A stretch of 38,746 bases of DNA from Ginglymostoma cirratum. Lineage: Eukaryota. The stretch lies in NCBI GenBank assembly GCA_024137785.1, contig JAHRHZ010000092.1, positions 945,452 through 984,197 on the forward strand, written 5' to 3'. The translations under genes were made by a program, and so were the position numbers. Position 1 is the stretch's first letter. Each line of letters starts with the position of its first letter. Shown piece by piece: positions 25,200-35,405 of the stretch. The notes beneath the pieces were generated by a model. The model was not told the origin of the DNA. It did not search any database and saw nothing but the letters and a program-made list of their open reading frames with translations.

Positions 25200-26746
25200 G
25201 AGACAGTAGGAACTGCAGATGCTGGAGAGTCTGAGATAACAAGGTGCAGAGCCGGATGAACACAACAGGTCAAGCAGCATCAGAGGAGCAGGAAAGCTGA
25301 CATTTCTGGCCTAGACCCTTGTTCAGAAATGGGGGAGGGGAAAGGGGCGCTGAAATAAATAGGGAGAGGGGGGAGGCGGATAGAAGATGGATAAAGGAGA
25401 AGATAGGTGGAGAGGAGACAGACAGGTCAAAGAGGCGAGGTGGAGCCAGTAAAGGTGAGTATAGGTGGGGAGTTAGGCAGGGGGTAGATCAGTCCAGGGA
25501 GGACAGACAGGTCAAGGGGGCGGGATGAGGAGAGTAGGTAGGCATCTTCCACCCCAACCTTAAGTTCACCTGGCCCATCTCTGATACCTCTCTCTCCTTC
25601 CTGGACCTCTCTGTTTCCGTCTCTGGCAACCACCTGGAAACGGATATCCATTTCAAACCTACCGACTCCCACAGTTACCTAGAATACACCTCCTCCCACC
25701 CACCTTCCTGCAAAAATGCCATTCCCTATTCCCAATTCTTCCGCCCCCGCCGCATCTACTCCCAGGATGAAAAATTCCACTCCTGAAAATCTCAGATGTC
25801 CCCGTTTTAAGGACCGTAACATTCCCCCCCCGCCCGCCCCCCACACACACACAGTGGTTGAGAGCGCCCTCAACCGTGTCTCCTGCATTTCCCGCAACTC
25901 ATCCCTCACACCCCCTCCCCGCAATAACAACCAAAACAGAATCCCTCTTGTCCTCACGTACCACCCACCAACCTCCGGATCCAACGCATCATCCTCCGAC
26001 ACTTCCGCCGTCTGCAATCCGACCGCACCACCAAACATATTTTTCCCTCTCCACCCTTATTGGCTTTCCGGAGGGACCACTCTCTCCGTGACTCCGTTGT
26101 CCGCTCCACACTCCGTTCCAGCTCCACCAGCCCCAGCACTTTCCCTGCAACTGCAGGAAGTGCTACACCTGCCCCCACACCTCCCCCCTCACCCCCATCC
26201 CAGGCCCCAAGAGGACATTCCACATGAAGTAGACGTTCACCTGCACATCTCCTAATGTGGTATACTGTATCCGCTGTACCCGTTGTGGCCTCCTCTACAT
26301 CGGGGAAACCAAGCGGAGGCTTGGGGACCGCTTTGCAGAACACCTGCGCTCAGTTCGCAACAAACAACTGCACCTCCCAGTCGCGAACCATTTCAACTCC
26401 CCCTCCCATTCCTCAGACGACATGTCCATCCTGGGCGTCCTGCAGTGCCGCAACGATGACACCCGAAGGTTGCAGGAACAGCATCTCATATTTCGCTTGG
26501 GAACCCTGTAGCCCAATGGTATCAATGTGGACTTCACAAGCTTCAAAATCTCCCCTCCCCCGACCACATCCCAAATCCAGCCCAGCTTGTCCCCGCCTCC
26601 CTAACCTGTCCTTCCACCCCTCCTCCCACCTCAAGCTTCCTCTCCCCCATTTCTGAAGAAGGGTCTCGGCCCGAAACGTCAGCTTTCGTACTCCCCTGAT
26701 GCTGCTTGGCCTGCTGTGTTCATCCAGCTCTACACCTTGTTATCTC
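25200..26746 (+). mobile_element. Penelope-like retroelement, 5'-truncated with inverted terminal copy, 14-bp TSD
   Basis: Inverted pLTR 25200-25540; RT C-terminal FHPNLKFT..SFLD; GIY-YIG VYCIRCTRCGLLYIGETKRRLGDRFAEH..VANHFN (26257-26511); TSD tgattaaagaggaa at 25186-25199 and 26747-26760. Confidence 0.92.
26651..26683 (+). ncRNA. Putative hammerhead ribozyme in PLE pseudo-LTR
   Basis: CTGAAGA-a-GGGTC-tc-GGCCC-GAAAC-GTC with a pairable stem II. Confidence 0.55.
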
Positions 26747-27234
26747 TGATTAAAGAGGAAACTATATTTGGATGTGTTCCAGTATAAGAGAGCGCGGGCT
26801 GTTAATGGTTTCTTTCTGTGTCTGTGTAACAGGTTAAATGACCTCGCGCTGTTCCTCTCTCACTGATCAGTTACATGGTCGTAGCGCTCCCTCTGTTGTC
26901 GCTGTGCCTAAATACAATCTCTGGATGAAATGCCAAGCCTTGTTATTTCCTTTCCTAATCTGATCTATCTGTCCTTCGACGTCTTTCTGTCATTCCTACT
27001 TAAACAGCATCTTTCATCCATACAATGCTTAGTGTTAAAGTGATATGTAGGATCTCTAACACATTCCTGCTCTAGTCAAATGTCTTCTATTACAGATCTA
27101 GGCACTCGCTTGAAATACCTGCCAAGCTCCTCCAGTGCGAAGTGTGTAGAGGGCCATGTTCAAAGTCTTATGTATTCCCGCACTAATTAGTGCGCTTTTC
27201 CCTCACACAACAGTTTCCGTACCACAGATTAGAG

Positions 27235-27575
27235 GTGGAGTGGTGATAATGTAACCGGGCTATTAATCCCCAAGTCCTGGCTTGTGATTTGCAGACCTAA
27301 GTCTAAATCTCGCCACAGCAATTTAATGAATGAAATTTGAAATTAAAAGCTGGTCTCGGTAAAGGTTACTGTCGTGGATTTGTTGTAAAAAGAATACAGC
27401 CGGGAAATGAAATCTGGGATCACCTACCCGGTCTGGCCTACATGTGACTCCAGGCCCACAGCAATATGGTTGACTCTTAACTGCTCCTTTAAATGATCTA
27501 GCAAGGCATTCAGTTCAAGGGCATTTAACGTCGGGCAATAAATGACAGTGAGATCTACATCCTGTGAGGAATAAA
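27235..27575 (+). mobile_element. tRNA-derived SINE
   Basis: ggtctggcctacatgtgactccag...ggttgactcttaactgc...gggcaataaatg shared with 37620-37960. Confidence 0.65.
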
Positions 27576-28193
27576 TGAATTCCCATAATTTTAGTGTATT
27601 CGCTCCTCACTGTGGATGCAGGTAATGTCAATCACAGAAGGCCGTTCAGCCCGCATCTGAGTGCTGGTTTATGCATCTCCCTCTTCCCAAAAACATTTCC
27701 TTTTATTTATCAACAAATTATTTGATTTCCTTCTCCCTCATCTGGCTTCCCTGTTACAGGAATCTTTGATAGTCGCTTCAACCAATTAAAGCAAATTCCA
27801 CATTCCCACCATTGTGAGACCAAGAAGTCTCCTGAATTCCCTATGAAGTTTCTCACTCATTGTCTTTAATGGCTGCGTCAATTTTTTGACACCTCCCCCT
27901 CCAAAAAAAGTGTAAACTCCTTGGTTACGCCTTCCCTGACAACCTATGTTAGAATTTCAAAGATGTTTATCAGATCACGTCAGCCGACTCTGTAGTGAGC
28001 ATTCCAACCTTCAGTCTTTCGTCAGCTATAACCTGCCCTCTCTGATGTCATCATTTACAAATCTTTCTGTGCGCCTCCTACTCTGCATCTAAAAAATTGC
28101 TCTTAATTAAAAGAACAAAATGCTCCGTTTGCGAAATAGACACCGACAGGTGATGAGTGGCTTCATTCACGGTTTGTTTCGTGCAACCTTTAT

Positions 28194-28232
28194 GGTTTTT
28201 GTTGAGCTGCTTCCTCTCTCTCAGTCACTGTG
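28194..28232 (-). other. 23-RSS of V6, consensus
   Basis: CACAGTG (28232-28226), 23 nt, ACAAAAACC (28202-28194). Confidence 0.95.
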
Positions 28233-28724
28233 AACACTCCAGGCGCAGTAGTACACTGCCGAATTATTCACGCGCAGGCTGAGGGTCTCCAGGTTAAACT
28301 CGTTGCTATTTGGTCTGTCGGCGGTGAAACCGTCCACTGGATCCTTTGGATCCTCATGATTTGCGATATTGGAGTAAAACATCAGCTGCAGCCCCTTCCC
28401 CGGGGCTTGTCTGTACCAGAACATGCGGACGCTACTTGCTCCCTCCATACGACACTGCAGCTTCACTCTCTTCCCTGGAATTTGGGAGACGGCGGCGGGA
28501 GTCTGGTGGATAGTCTGCGACTTCACATCTAAGGAAAAGATAGGGAGGGGCAGAGATCAGGCAACTGAACCCTCGGGGTCATGGAGAAAAAAAATAGTAG
28601 AAACAAGATAAATTAAGTGAAATAGAGAGAAAGAAAAGTAACAAGAGGGAAGGACAGCCAATGGAAAGAAACTTAGAAGATCCCTACGGTGAAAGATGAT
28701 GAAAAGAGCCAGCAACAGACACAT
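28233..28724 (-). CDS. TRBV: TCR beta V segment V6 (TRBV30-like), potentially functional; exons 28724-28688 and 28528-28233
   Basis: MCLLLALFIIFH|HVKSQTIHQTPAAVSQIPGKRVKLQCRMEGASSVRMFWYRQAPGKGLQLMFYS..NNSAVYYCAWS. Confidence 0.92.
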
Positions 28725-28802
28725 CTTCCACTTTGACGTTCCCTTTCAAACAACCTTTATCATTGGCAAGGAAGCTGAGAATATATTACTCTTCTTCTCA
28801 CT

Positions 28803-28886
28803 CTGATTGATATCCCGGTCCCGCCCAATCAGATGGAGAGTCCCGCCCCGTCTCAATGTCAGTCCCGCCCCTCATCCTCTGATTGA
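28803..28886 (-). promoter_or_regulatory. Putative V6 promoter: three GC boxes and CCAAT
   Basis: cccgcccaatcag, cccgcccc twice and ctgattg, 80-160 bp upstream of ATG; first module conserved in the inverted paralog at 35110-35140. Confidence 0.55.
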
Positions 28887-30404
28887 ATACTGCGGAATTG
28901 CCAGAAACAGCAAGATCCAAAGGAGGACTCGTGGAGTGGACAAAATGGAGGGAGCCGCTGCTCAGATTCACTTGAAAAATAGAGGGCTTGGAGGCGAAAT
29001 TAGTAGAACAGACTGTATAAACATCGCTTTCATACCCTTCAATGTGGAATGTTGAGGCGTGAATCGAGTGAAGTGCCTATCCGGTAAAAATGCATTCCGG
29101 GTGTTTTATAGAGAGAAACAAATCGCTGTCACGGGGATGTCCACAACATGTTAGAATTAATAGGAGGCAATGTCATTGACAAGACTTTTCATTTGAATAT
29201 ATAAGAAGGATTTACCAAATGCTGAGAAGAAGAGTCCCAATCGTGGGTGTTCGTTCTGGAACTAGGAGAAACAATCCCAAAGAAGCCTTTTCCAGTTTAA
29301 TATGGAGATGGAAAGCAGTGTTTTTCTCGCCGAGAATAGTGTGGAATTCTCTTCAGACAGCTGCGGAGGTTGCATCATTGAATGGATTCAAAGTCGAGAG
29401 AGTTTCATGCTCTGACAGATTCGAGTGTTTTCGGGATGGGATGAAAAGCGAGAAAATGAAGTTAAGGCCACGATCAGATCAACCTGTATCCGTTTGAATA
29501 GCGGAGGGAACTTGAGGGACCGAATGGCCAATTCTTGTTTATCTTTCTTACATCCTTAACAGACAACGCCCCAGAATCACTAACCTTGTTTGTGTGTTTC
29601 CTGGACAGATCATATTCCGACTTCGAATTTGGATATTTGCGTTGACATCCATGATGATTTGATGGAACAAGGAGAGAACAACTATTTATCCTGGGGGTTG
29701 ATTAGGGTTAATCTCAAGATGTGCTTATCCACGCAAATTGGAGTAGGTCTCGGGAACGCTCCTTCTCATTAATCTCTCGAGGCTGAAATTCAACTGGTAC
29801 TGTCATCACTTGAATTGATCCATTTTTGTTATTAGGGCGAAGAAAAATGCAAAACAAAGTTGAGGAAATGGAGATTAGAAACAAACATACCCTGATCTAA
29901 TTAAATGGTTGAAGCCCTGGATGCCCAGTTGCCTTATCCAATGACCAGAAAGGCAGAATGGCCACCAGAGGTTTATAAAATTATGAGAGGCATGGTTGAG
30001 GTGAATAGTTGAGGTATTTTTTTCCTAGGAATTTCTGGAAAAGCTCAGCAGGTCTGGCAGCATCTGCGGAGAGAAATCAGAGTTAACGTTTCGGGTCGAG
30101 TGACCCTTCCTCAACCCCGTGGTGGAAAGAATTGCAATATATAAAAGGCATCTGGATGGGTACATGAAATGGAAAGGTTGAGAGAAGTGTGTGCCAAATG
30201 CTGGCAAATGGGATTAGATCAGTTTAGTATATTTGGTCCGCACAGACAAGTTGGACAGAAGGGTCTGTTTCTGTGCGGTATACCTCTGTGACTCTTCAAA
30301 GGAAGGTGATTGAACATCTGCCTGTTCTTCTATAATCGAGAGGAAATTGAATGTTCCTGTTCCTATGCACGGACTGAATCACCTTCTTTCTTACCCAATG
30401 ATAT

Positions 30405-30625
30405 TGTAGTGATTGGAATAATGTCAGTCGGGTGGATATTGTAGAATATGAATTCCCTATTGGGAACCAGGTCCAATCAGTGAGTCCTGGCTGACAGATA
30501 TAAATAAGAGTGTCAGGGGTTCTGCTCGCTTTAGGGCCTGGTTCAGTGCCAGTTGGGTCAGCGTCATGCACTAGACATGTGTAAATTAAGGGTGACTTGG
30601 TGACAGGAGGTATTTCTGATATAGG
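30405..30625 (+). mobile_element. Possible degenerate solo LTR
   Basis: Begins tgtagtg, has ccaatcag then tataaata and a degenerate polyA-like signal; interrupts the flank homologous to 9960-10200. Confidence 0.35.
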
Positions 30626-30766
30626 TTCAAAAGAGTCAAATGGCTTCCCATGTACTTGCGTTCCTGTCACACCATGTACCAGTACCGCTTTCGTTCATGA
30701 CCCTTGAGCGCCGTCTGCTGATCCTATGTGGAAACATATCCAATGAATAAAATACAAGCATTTTTT

Positions 30767-30859
30767 CTGATGAAGGGTTTAGGTCCGAAACGTCAAGATT
30801 TCCTGCTCCTATGATGCTGCTTGACCTGCTGTGTTCATCCAGCCCCATGCTTGTTATCT
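30767..30859 (+). mobile_element. PLE-derived mini element starting at hammerhead core, 9-bp TSD
   Basis: ctgatgaagggtttaggtccgaaacgtc...ttgttatct flanked by agcattttt (30757-30765 and 30860-30868); empty paralogous site near 10250. Confidence 0.8.
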
Positions 30860-30998
30860 AGCATTTTTACTGTTACACTTTCCAGATAGTATCTTCCTTA
30901 CTCATCGCCATTACTCTGTTCCCAGAGCCTCTAAACCTATTCCCTCACTTTCATGATAACCTGTTTGTTTCTGGAGACTGCAAAAGAGAAATAAGATG

Positions 30999-31268
30999 TC
31001 GTTATAAAACAGTGTGGAGCTGGAGAATCTGAGATAACAAGGTGTAGAGCTGGATGAACACAGCAGGCCAAGCAGCATCAGAGGAGCCGGAAAGCTGAGG
31101 TTTTGGGCCGAGACCCTTTTTCAGACCTACTATCTGTGGAGCTGGAGGAGATGATCCCGGCCCGAAAAGTCAGCTTTCCTGTTCCTCTAATACTGCCTGG
31201 CCTGCTGTGTTCCTTCAGCTCCACACTGTGTTTTCTCTGACTCCAGCATCCGCAGTTCTTACTAAGTC
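30999..31268. mobile_element. Nested PLE terminal fragments
   Basis: Outer flanks taagatg (30992-30998 and 31269-31275); inner insert 31026-31134 flanked by tgtggagctggag. Confidence 0.7.
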
Positions 31269-31320
31269 TAAGATGCGTCGTGCCTGGTTTTATCGTTAAC
31301 AGGTGTTTCCGGCCCTGGAT

Positions 31321-31560
31321 CACCGTGACAACTTCAGATGAGGCTTTCGCCAGGAGCCAGGATGGGGGGCGGGACGACATCTGTTTGACTTCAGAGCCGC
31401 TCAGTTGCTTGAAAGAGAAACCGTTCATCCTCTCCCTCTAGATTGTCATGGTGTGCAGCATCGGAGTAAAGTGGAATGTCTGTGCAATACATGCCAACGT
31501 AATGGTGCCCTGCATGGTGCACTTCTGTTCCATCTCACTCTTTTTCAACTAAGGAAAAGA
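31321..31560 (-). pseudogene. Highly decayed TRBV relic (V4-type position)
   Basis: Minus strand fragments KCTMQGT..MY, LYSDAAHHDN, NGFSFKQLSGSEV; heptamer-like CACGGTG 31327-31321; downstream flank ggaaacacctg matches V4. Confidence 0.7.
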
Positions 31561-31994
31561 CTGCATACAGTACTGCCGATGTGGTCCCACCAAACCTCTG
31601 TAATAAATCTCTCCACTTTTACATGCTATTCCTTGGGCAAAAAAACACGAATTTCTCGGAGGCAGACATGTTCAACTAATAAAATGAAAATCCTGAGGAT
31701 ATTGGAAATTTGAAAAAAAAGATATCTCTGATACAATGCTGGAGAAACTTGGCAGGTCTGGCGACGTCTGTGGGGGTGGGGGAGAGAGAGTTAATGCTTC
31801 AAGTCTGGTATAACTTCTTCAGATCTGAAACATGTTTAGCTTCCCTAAAAGTTAAAACCTCTCAGAATTTTCCACTTTTGTTTGCAATTTCTCCAGCGCT
31901 ACTCAATTTCATCATCCACTTTCACTGTGCCTGATCTGTTTATGTCAAAGATCTGCGGTGAGAGGAAACAGCTTTGTTTCCAGCTGCCGTTTGG

Positions 31995-32033
31995 GGTTTT
32001 TGTTGAGCAGCTCCTTCTCTCTGAGTCACTGTG
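31995..32033 (-). other. 23-RSS of V7, consensus
   Basis: CACAGTG (32033-32027), 23 nt, ACAAAAACC (32003-31995). Confidence 0.95.
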
Positions 32034-32480
32034 AATACTCCAGGCACAGAAATACACGGCCGAGTGATCCACTCGGAGGCTGGGAGATTTCAGATTAAAT
32101 TCGGTGTCACTCGGTCGCTCGGCGGTGAAACCGTCCGGCGTTTCCTTTGGATTTACGATACCGCTACCTGCAGAGTAAAGCATGAACAGCGGCTCCTTCC
32201 CTGGGCTTTGTCTGTACCAGTACATAGCAGGGTTGCTGGTGCCCTGCACAGTGCACTTCAGAGTCACATTCTCCCCGGGAATTTTGGAGACAGCAGCGGG
32301 AATCTGGTGGATTGTCTGTGAATCCGCGACTGCAACAGAGACAGGGAGAAGAGGCGGTCAGTTAATGTAGACAATCAGGGCAATAGAGAATGATAACGCT
32401 AAACAAAAAGCTCATGAGCACAACCATTGAGAAAATCCCTTACAGTGAAACAGAGTCATTAGACACAGGATCAGATTCAT
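32034..32480 (-). CDS. TRBV: TCR beta V segment V7 (TRBV30-like), potentially functional, paralog of V5; exons 32480-32444 and 32329-32034
   Basis: MNLILCLMTLFH|FADSQTIHQIPAAVSKIPGENVTLKCTVQGTSNPAMYWYRQSPGKEPLFMLYS..DHSAVYFCAWS. Confidence 0.92.
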
Positions 32481-32995
32481 CATTCGCTTGAAGTTTTCTG
32501 TTTGTAAGGGAAGGTGCGGGCCCAGCAGTTTGGCGTCTTGTGGAGAACCAATTCGGTCTTTCCAAGTTATTGACTGATACAGCAGGGCCACAAGAGGAGG
32601 GATAGGATTGGACACGCCCCCAGGCCCTTTAACCAATTGGAACTAATGTGACGGTTTTACCTGTGAGCAGAACTTCCCCGTTTACGAGGGACAGTCTATG
32701 TCTCATCCCATTAATGCGGAGGTGCCAGTGTTGGACTTGTATCCGAAGGGATAGCGCTGCGAAAGCTTGTGATTTCAAATAAACCTGTTGGACTATAATC
32801 TGGTGTCGAGTGACTTCTGACCTCATCCTATTAAAAGTTTGCCTCACTTAAGTCTAAAATTAAATCCAATCCCCGTAGCCTTTTAAGTTCATCACTTTCA
32901 AATATATATCCAATTCTCTTTTGAATACTCTTAAGGAATCCGCCTCCACCACACTCCCAGGCAGCGCATTCGAAACCTTAACAACTCTAAGTATA

Positions 32996-33420
32996 CAAAC
33001 ACGTCATTTGCCGCATGAGGTCCCTGCAGCCTTCTGGAGTCAACATCGAGTGTAACAACTTTAGGGCTTGAGCTCTCCCATGTCCTTACCCCTCGTTAAC
33101 ACAATCTGTTATTACACACGACCCATTGTTAGCCATGAACGATACTCATTAACAACTATTCACCACCAACCCCGCCCCCAGCCCAGCCGGATTGCTATCC
33201 ACTCCTTTGTCTTGTATCTGTTTGGGCAATCTCTTTGGGCTTTATCCCCACCTACCGTTACTCCTTTCCCCTTTCTCCCACCCTATCTTCTGCATATAAA
33301 CCGACATTTTCCAACCTACCGTCTGTGCTCAGGAAGGGTCCCTTGACGTTAACTCTGACTTCTCGCCACAGATGCTGCCAGACCTGTTGAGCTTTTCCAG
33401 TAATTTGTTTTTCTTTGGTT
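32996..33420 (+). mobile_element. Older PLE-type 3' fragment
   Basis: Ends gttaactctgacttct..acagatgctgccagacctgttgagc; absent at the paralogous position near 24860; degenerate flanking repeat tct(a/g)agta. Confidence 0.6.
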
Positions 33421-34790
33421 TCTGAGTAAATAAGTTTCTCCTCATCTCACTCCTAGCTCTCTTGCTGATAATTTTGAAAATGTTGGATATCGTTCCCTCT
33501 TTCCCATCAATCTTTCCGAATCTCTACGACACGTATAAGAACTGCTTCCCTCCTTTCGGTTCCCAATGACGCAGACACATTCAATTAAGAAAATCTAATA
33601 AGATTCCCAGTTGCCCATCTGAATATATTCGCGAATCAGAAAGGCTATGAGTCGAAGTTTTCTCCAGTTAATCGTCTCGGAAAGGCTCAGCGGCAGTGGC
33701 CCTGCCGGGTTTTAATGCCAGCTCAGGATTTGATGGTCAAGTTGATTAAAGAAAAAAATTGCATCTGCATGCGTTCCAGTGTGAAGGCGCGGACTGTTAA
33801 TGGTTTCCTTCTCTGGGTCTGTAACAGGTTGAATGGCCTCCTGCTGTTCCTCTCTCATTGATCAGTTACATGGTCGTAACACTCCCTCTGGGGTCACTGT
33901 GCCTCAACACAATCTCTAGATGAAATACCAAGTCTTCTTACTTCCTTTCCTGCCTTGATCTATCTTTCTGTAATTCCTCCTTAATTAGCATATTTTGTCC
34001 ATACAACACTTAATGTGTAAGTGATTTGTGGAATCTCTTGCACATTCCTGCTCTAGGCAAATGTATTTTATCATAAATCTAGGCAATCGTTTGAAATGCC
34101 TGCCAAACTCACCAGATGCAAAGTGTAGAGAGGGCCATGTTCAAAGCCATTCAATCTCGTGTACCCCCGCAATAGTTATTGTGTATCCACCTCACCCAAC
34201 AGTGTTTTCCATATTACAGATAATTTCTGGGGAGGTGGTGGAGCTGTGTCAATGCAACTGGGCTATTAATCCCCAAGGTCATTCTTTGCAGACATAGATT
34301 TAAATCTCACCACAGCAATTCAACGAATGAAATTTGAAATTGAAATTTCAAGTCCCACATCCTCATCACTCTCAGATAAAAAAAAGTCTCCTGAATTCCC
34401 CATGGAATTTCTCACTGGTTATCTTTAATGGTTACATCCAATTTTTTTAAGCACCCTCCCTTCCCTCATGCCACCCCCACCCCAACCCCAACATATGGAA
34501 ATTTCTTCTCTACGCCATCCCTAACAAGCTATGTTAGAATTTTAAAGATGTTTAATCAGGACACCTCAGCCGATTCTGTAGACAGCCTTTTAACCTTCAA
34601 TCTTTCGTCAGTTATAATCTGTCCTTTCCGATGTCATCATTTACAAGTCTTTATATGGATCTTGTGTTCTGCACTTAACCCATCGCTCTTAATTAACAGA
34701 ACAAAATGCTCCGTTTGCAAAATAGACACAGACAGGACGAGCCGAGGCGACGAGTGGCGTCATTCACAGTTGTTTCGTGCAACCTTCTAT

Positions 34791-35405
34791 TCTTCTAGAC
34801 TCCAATTTTACGTTATTCCAACATGTTGTGGACATCCCCGTGACAGCGATTTGTTCGCTACGTAAAACAACCTGGAATACATTTTTACATTTTACTTGAT
34901 TCACGCTTCAATATTCCACATTGCAGGGTACGAAAGAAATGTTTACGCAGACTGTTCTATTAATTTTCCTTCCAAGCTCTCTATTGTTCTGGTGAATCTG
35001 AGCTGCGACGCCCTCTACAGTTTGTCCATTCCACAATCCCTCCTCTGGGTCTTTTTGTTCCTGGCAGCTCCCCGTCATTGATGAGGGGATGAGGGCCAGG
35101 GTTGATAATCTGATTGGGCGGGATCTGGATATCAATCAGAGTGAGGAGAGGAGCAATGTATTTTCAATGTTGTCTTGCCACTGACAAAGGTTGTTTGAAC
35201 GGGAACTTTAAAGTGGAAGAGGTATCTGTTGCTGGTTCAGTTAATCGTATTTCACCGTAAGGGTCTTAACACAGTTTTAAAAAAAAACCTAACATCTAAC
35301 TTTCTTTCCACTGGCTGTCCTTCCCTCCTGCTTTTTTTTATTTTTGTTCCCTTTTCTCTCAATTTCACTCAATTTATCTTGTTTCACCTACGTTTCTCAC
35401 TATCA
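34791..35405 (+). pseudogene. Inverted orphan V promoter, leader exon (35220-35256) and partial intron; V exon and RSS missing
   Basis: Reverse complement of V6 upstream region about 28585-29160; leader agg tat ctg ttg ctg gtt cag tta atc gta ttt cac c|gtaagg with ATG changed to AGG. Confidence 0.85.

Larger units (their letters stand above)
31660..34790 (+). repeat. Segmental duplicate of about 23530-28190 (V5-V6 cassette)
   Basis: Collinear flanks, e.g. 33720-34170 vs 25140-25199 plus 26761-27170, and 34690-34790 vs 28100-28193. Confidence 0.85.

Noticed and set aside
416-32480. Assignment as Ig VH/VL or NAR-TCR V segments
   Set aside because: No Ig-type WVRQ or WYQQ frameworks or octamer promoter were seen, CDR2 is present, and motifs fit TCR beta V
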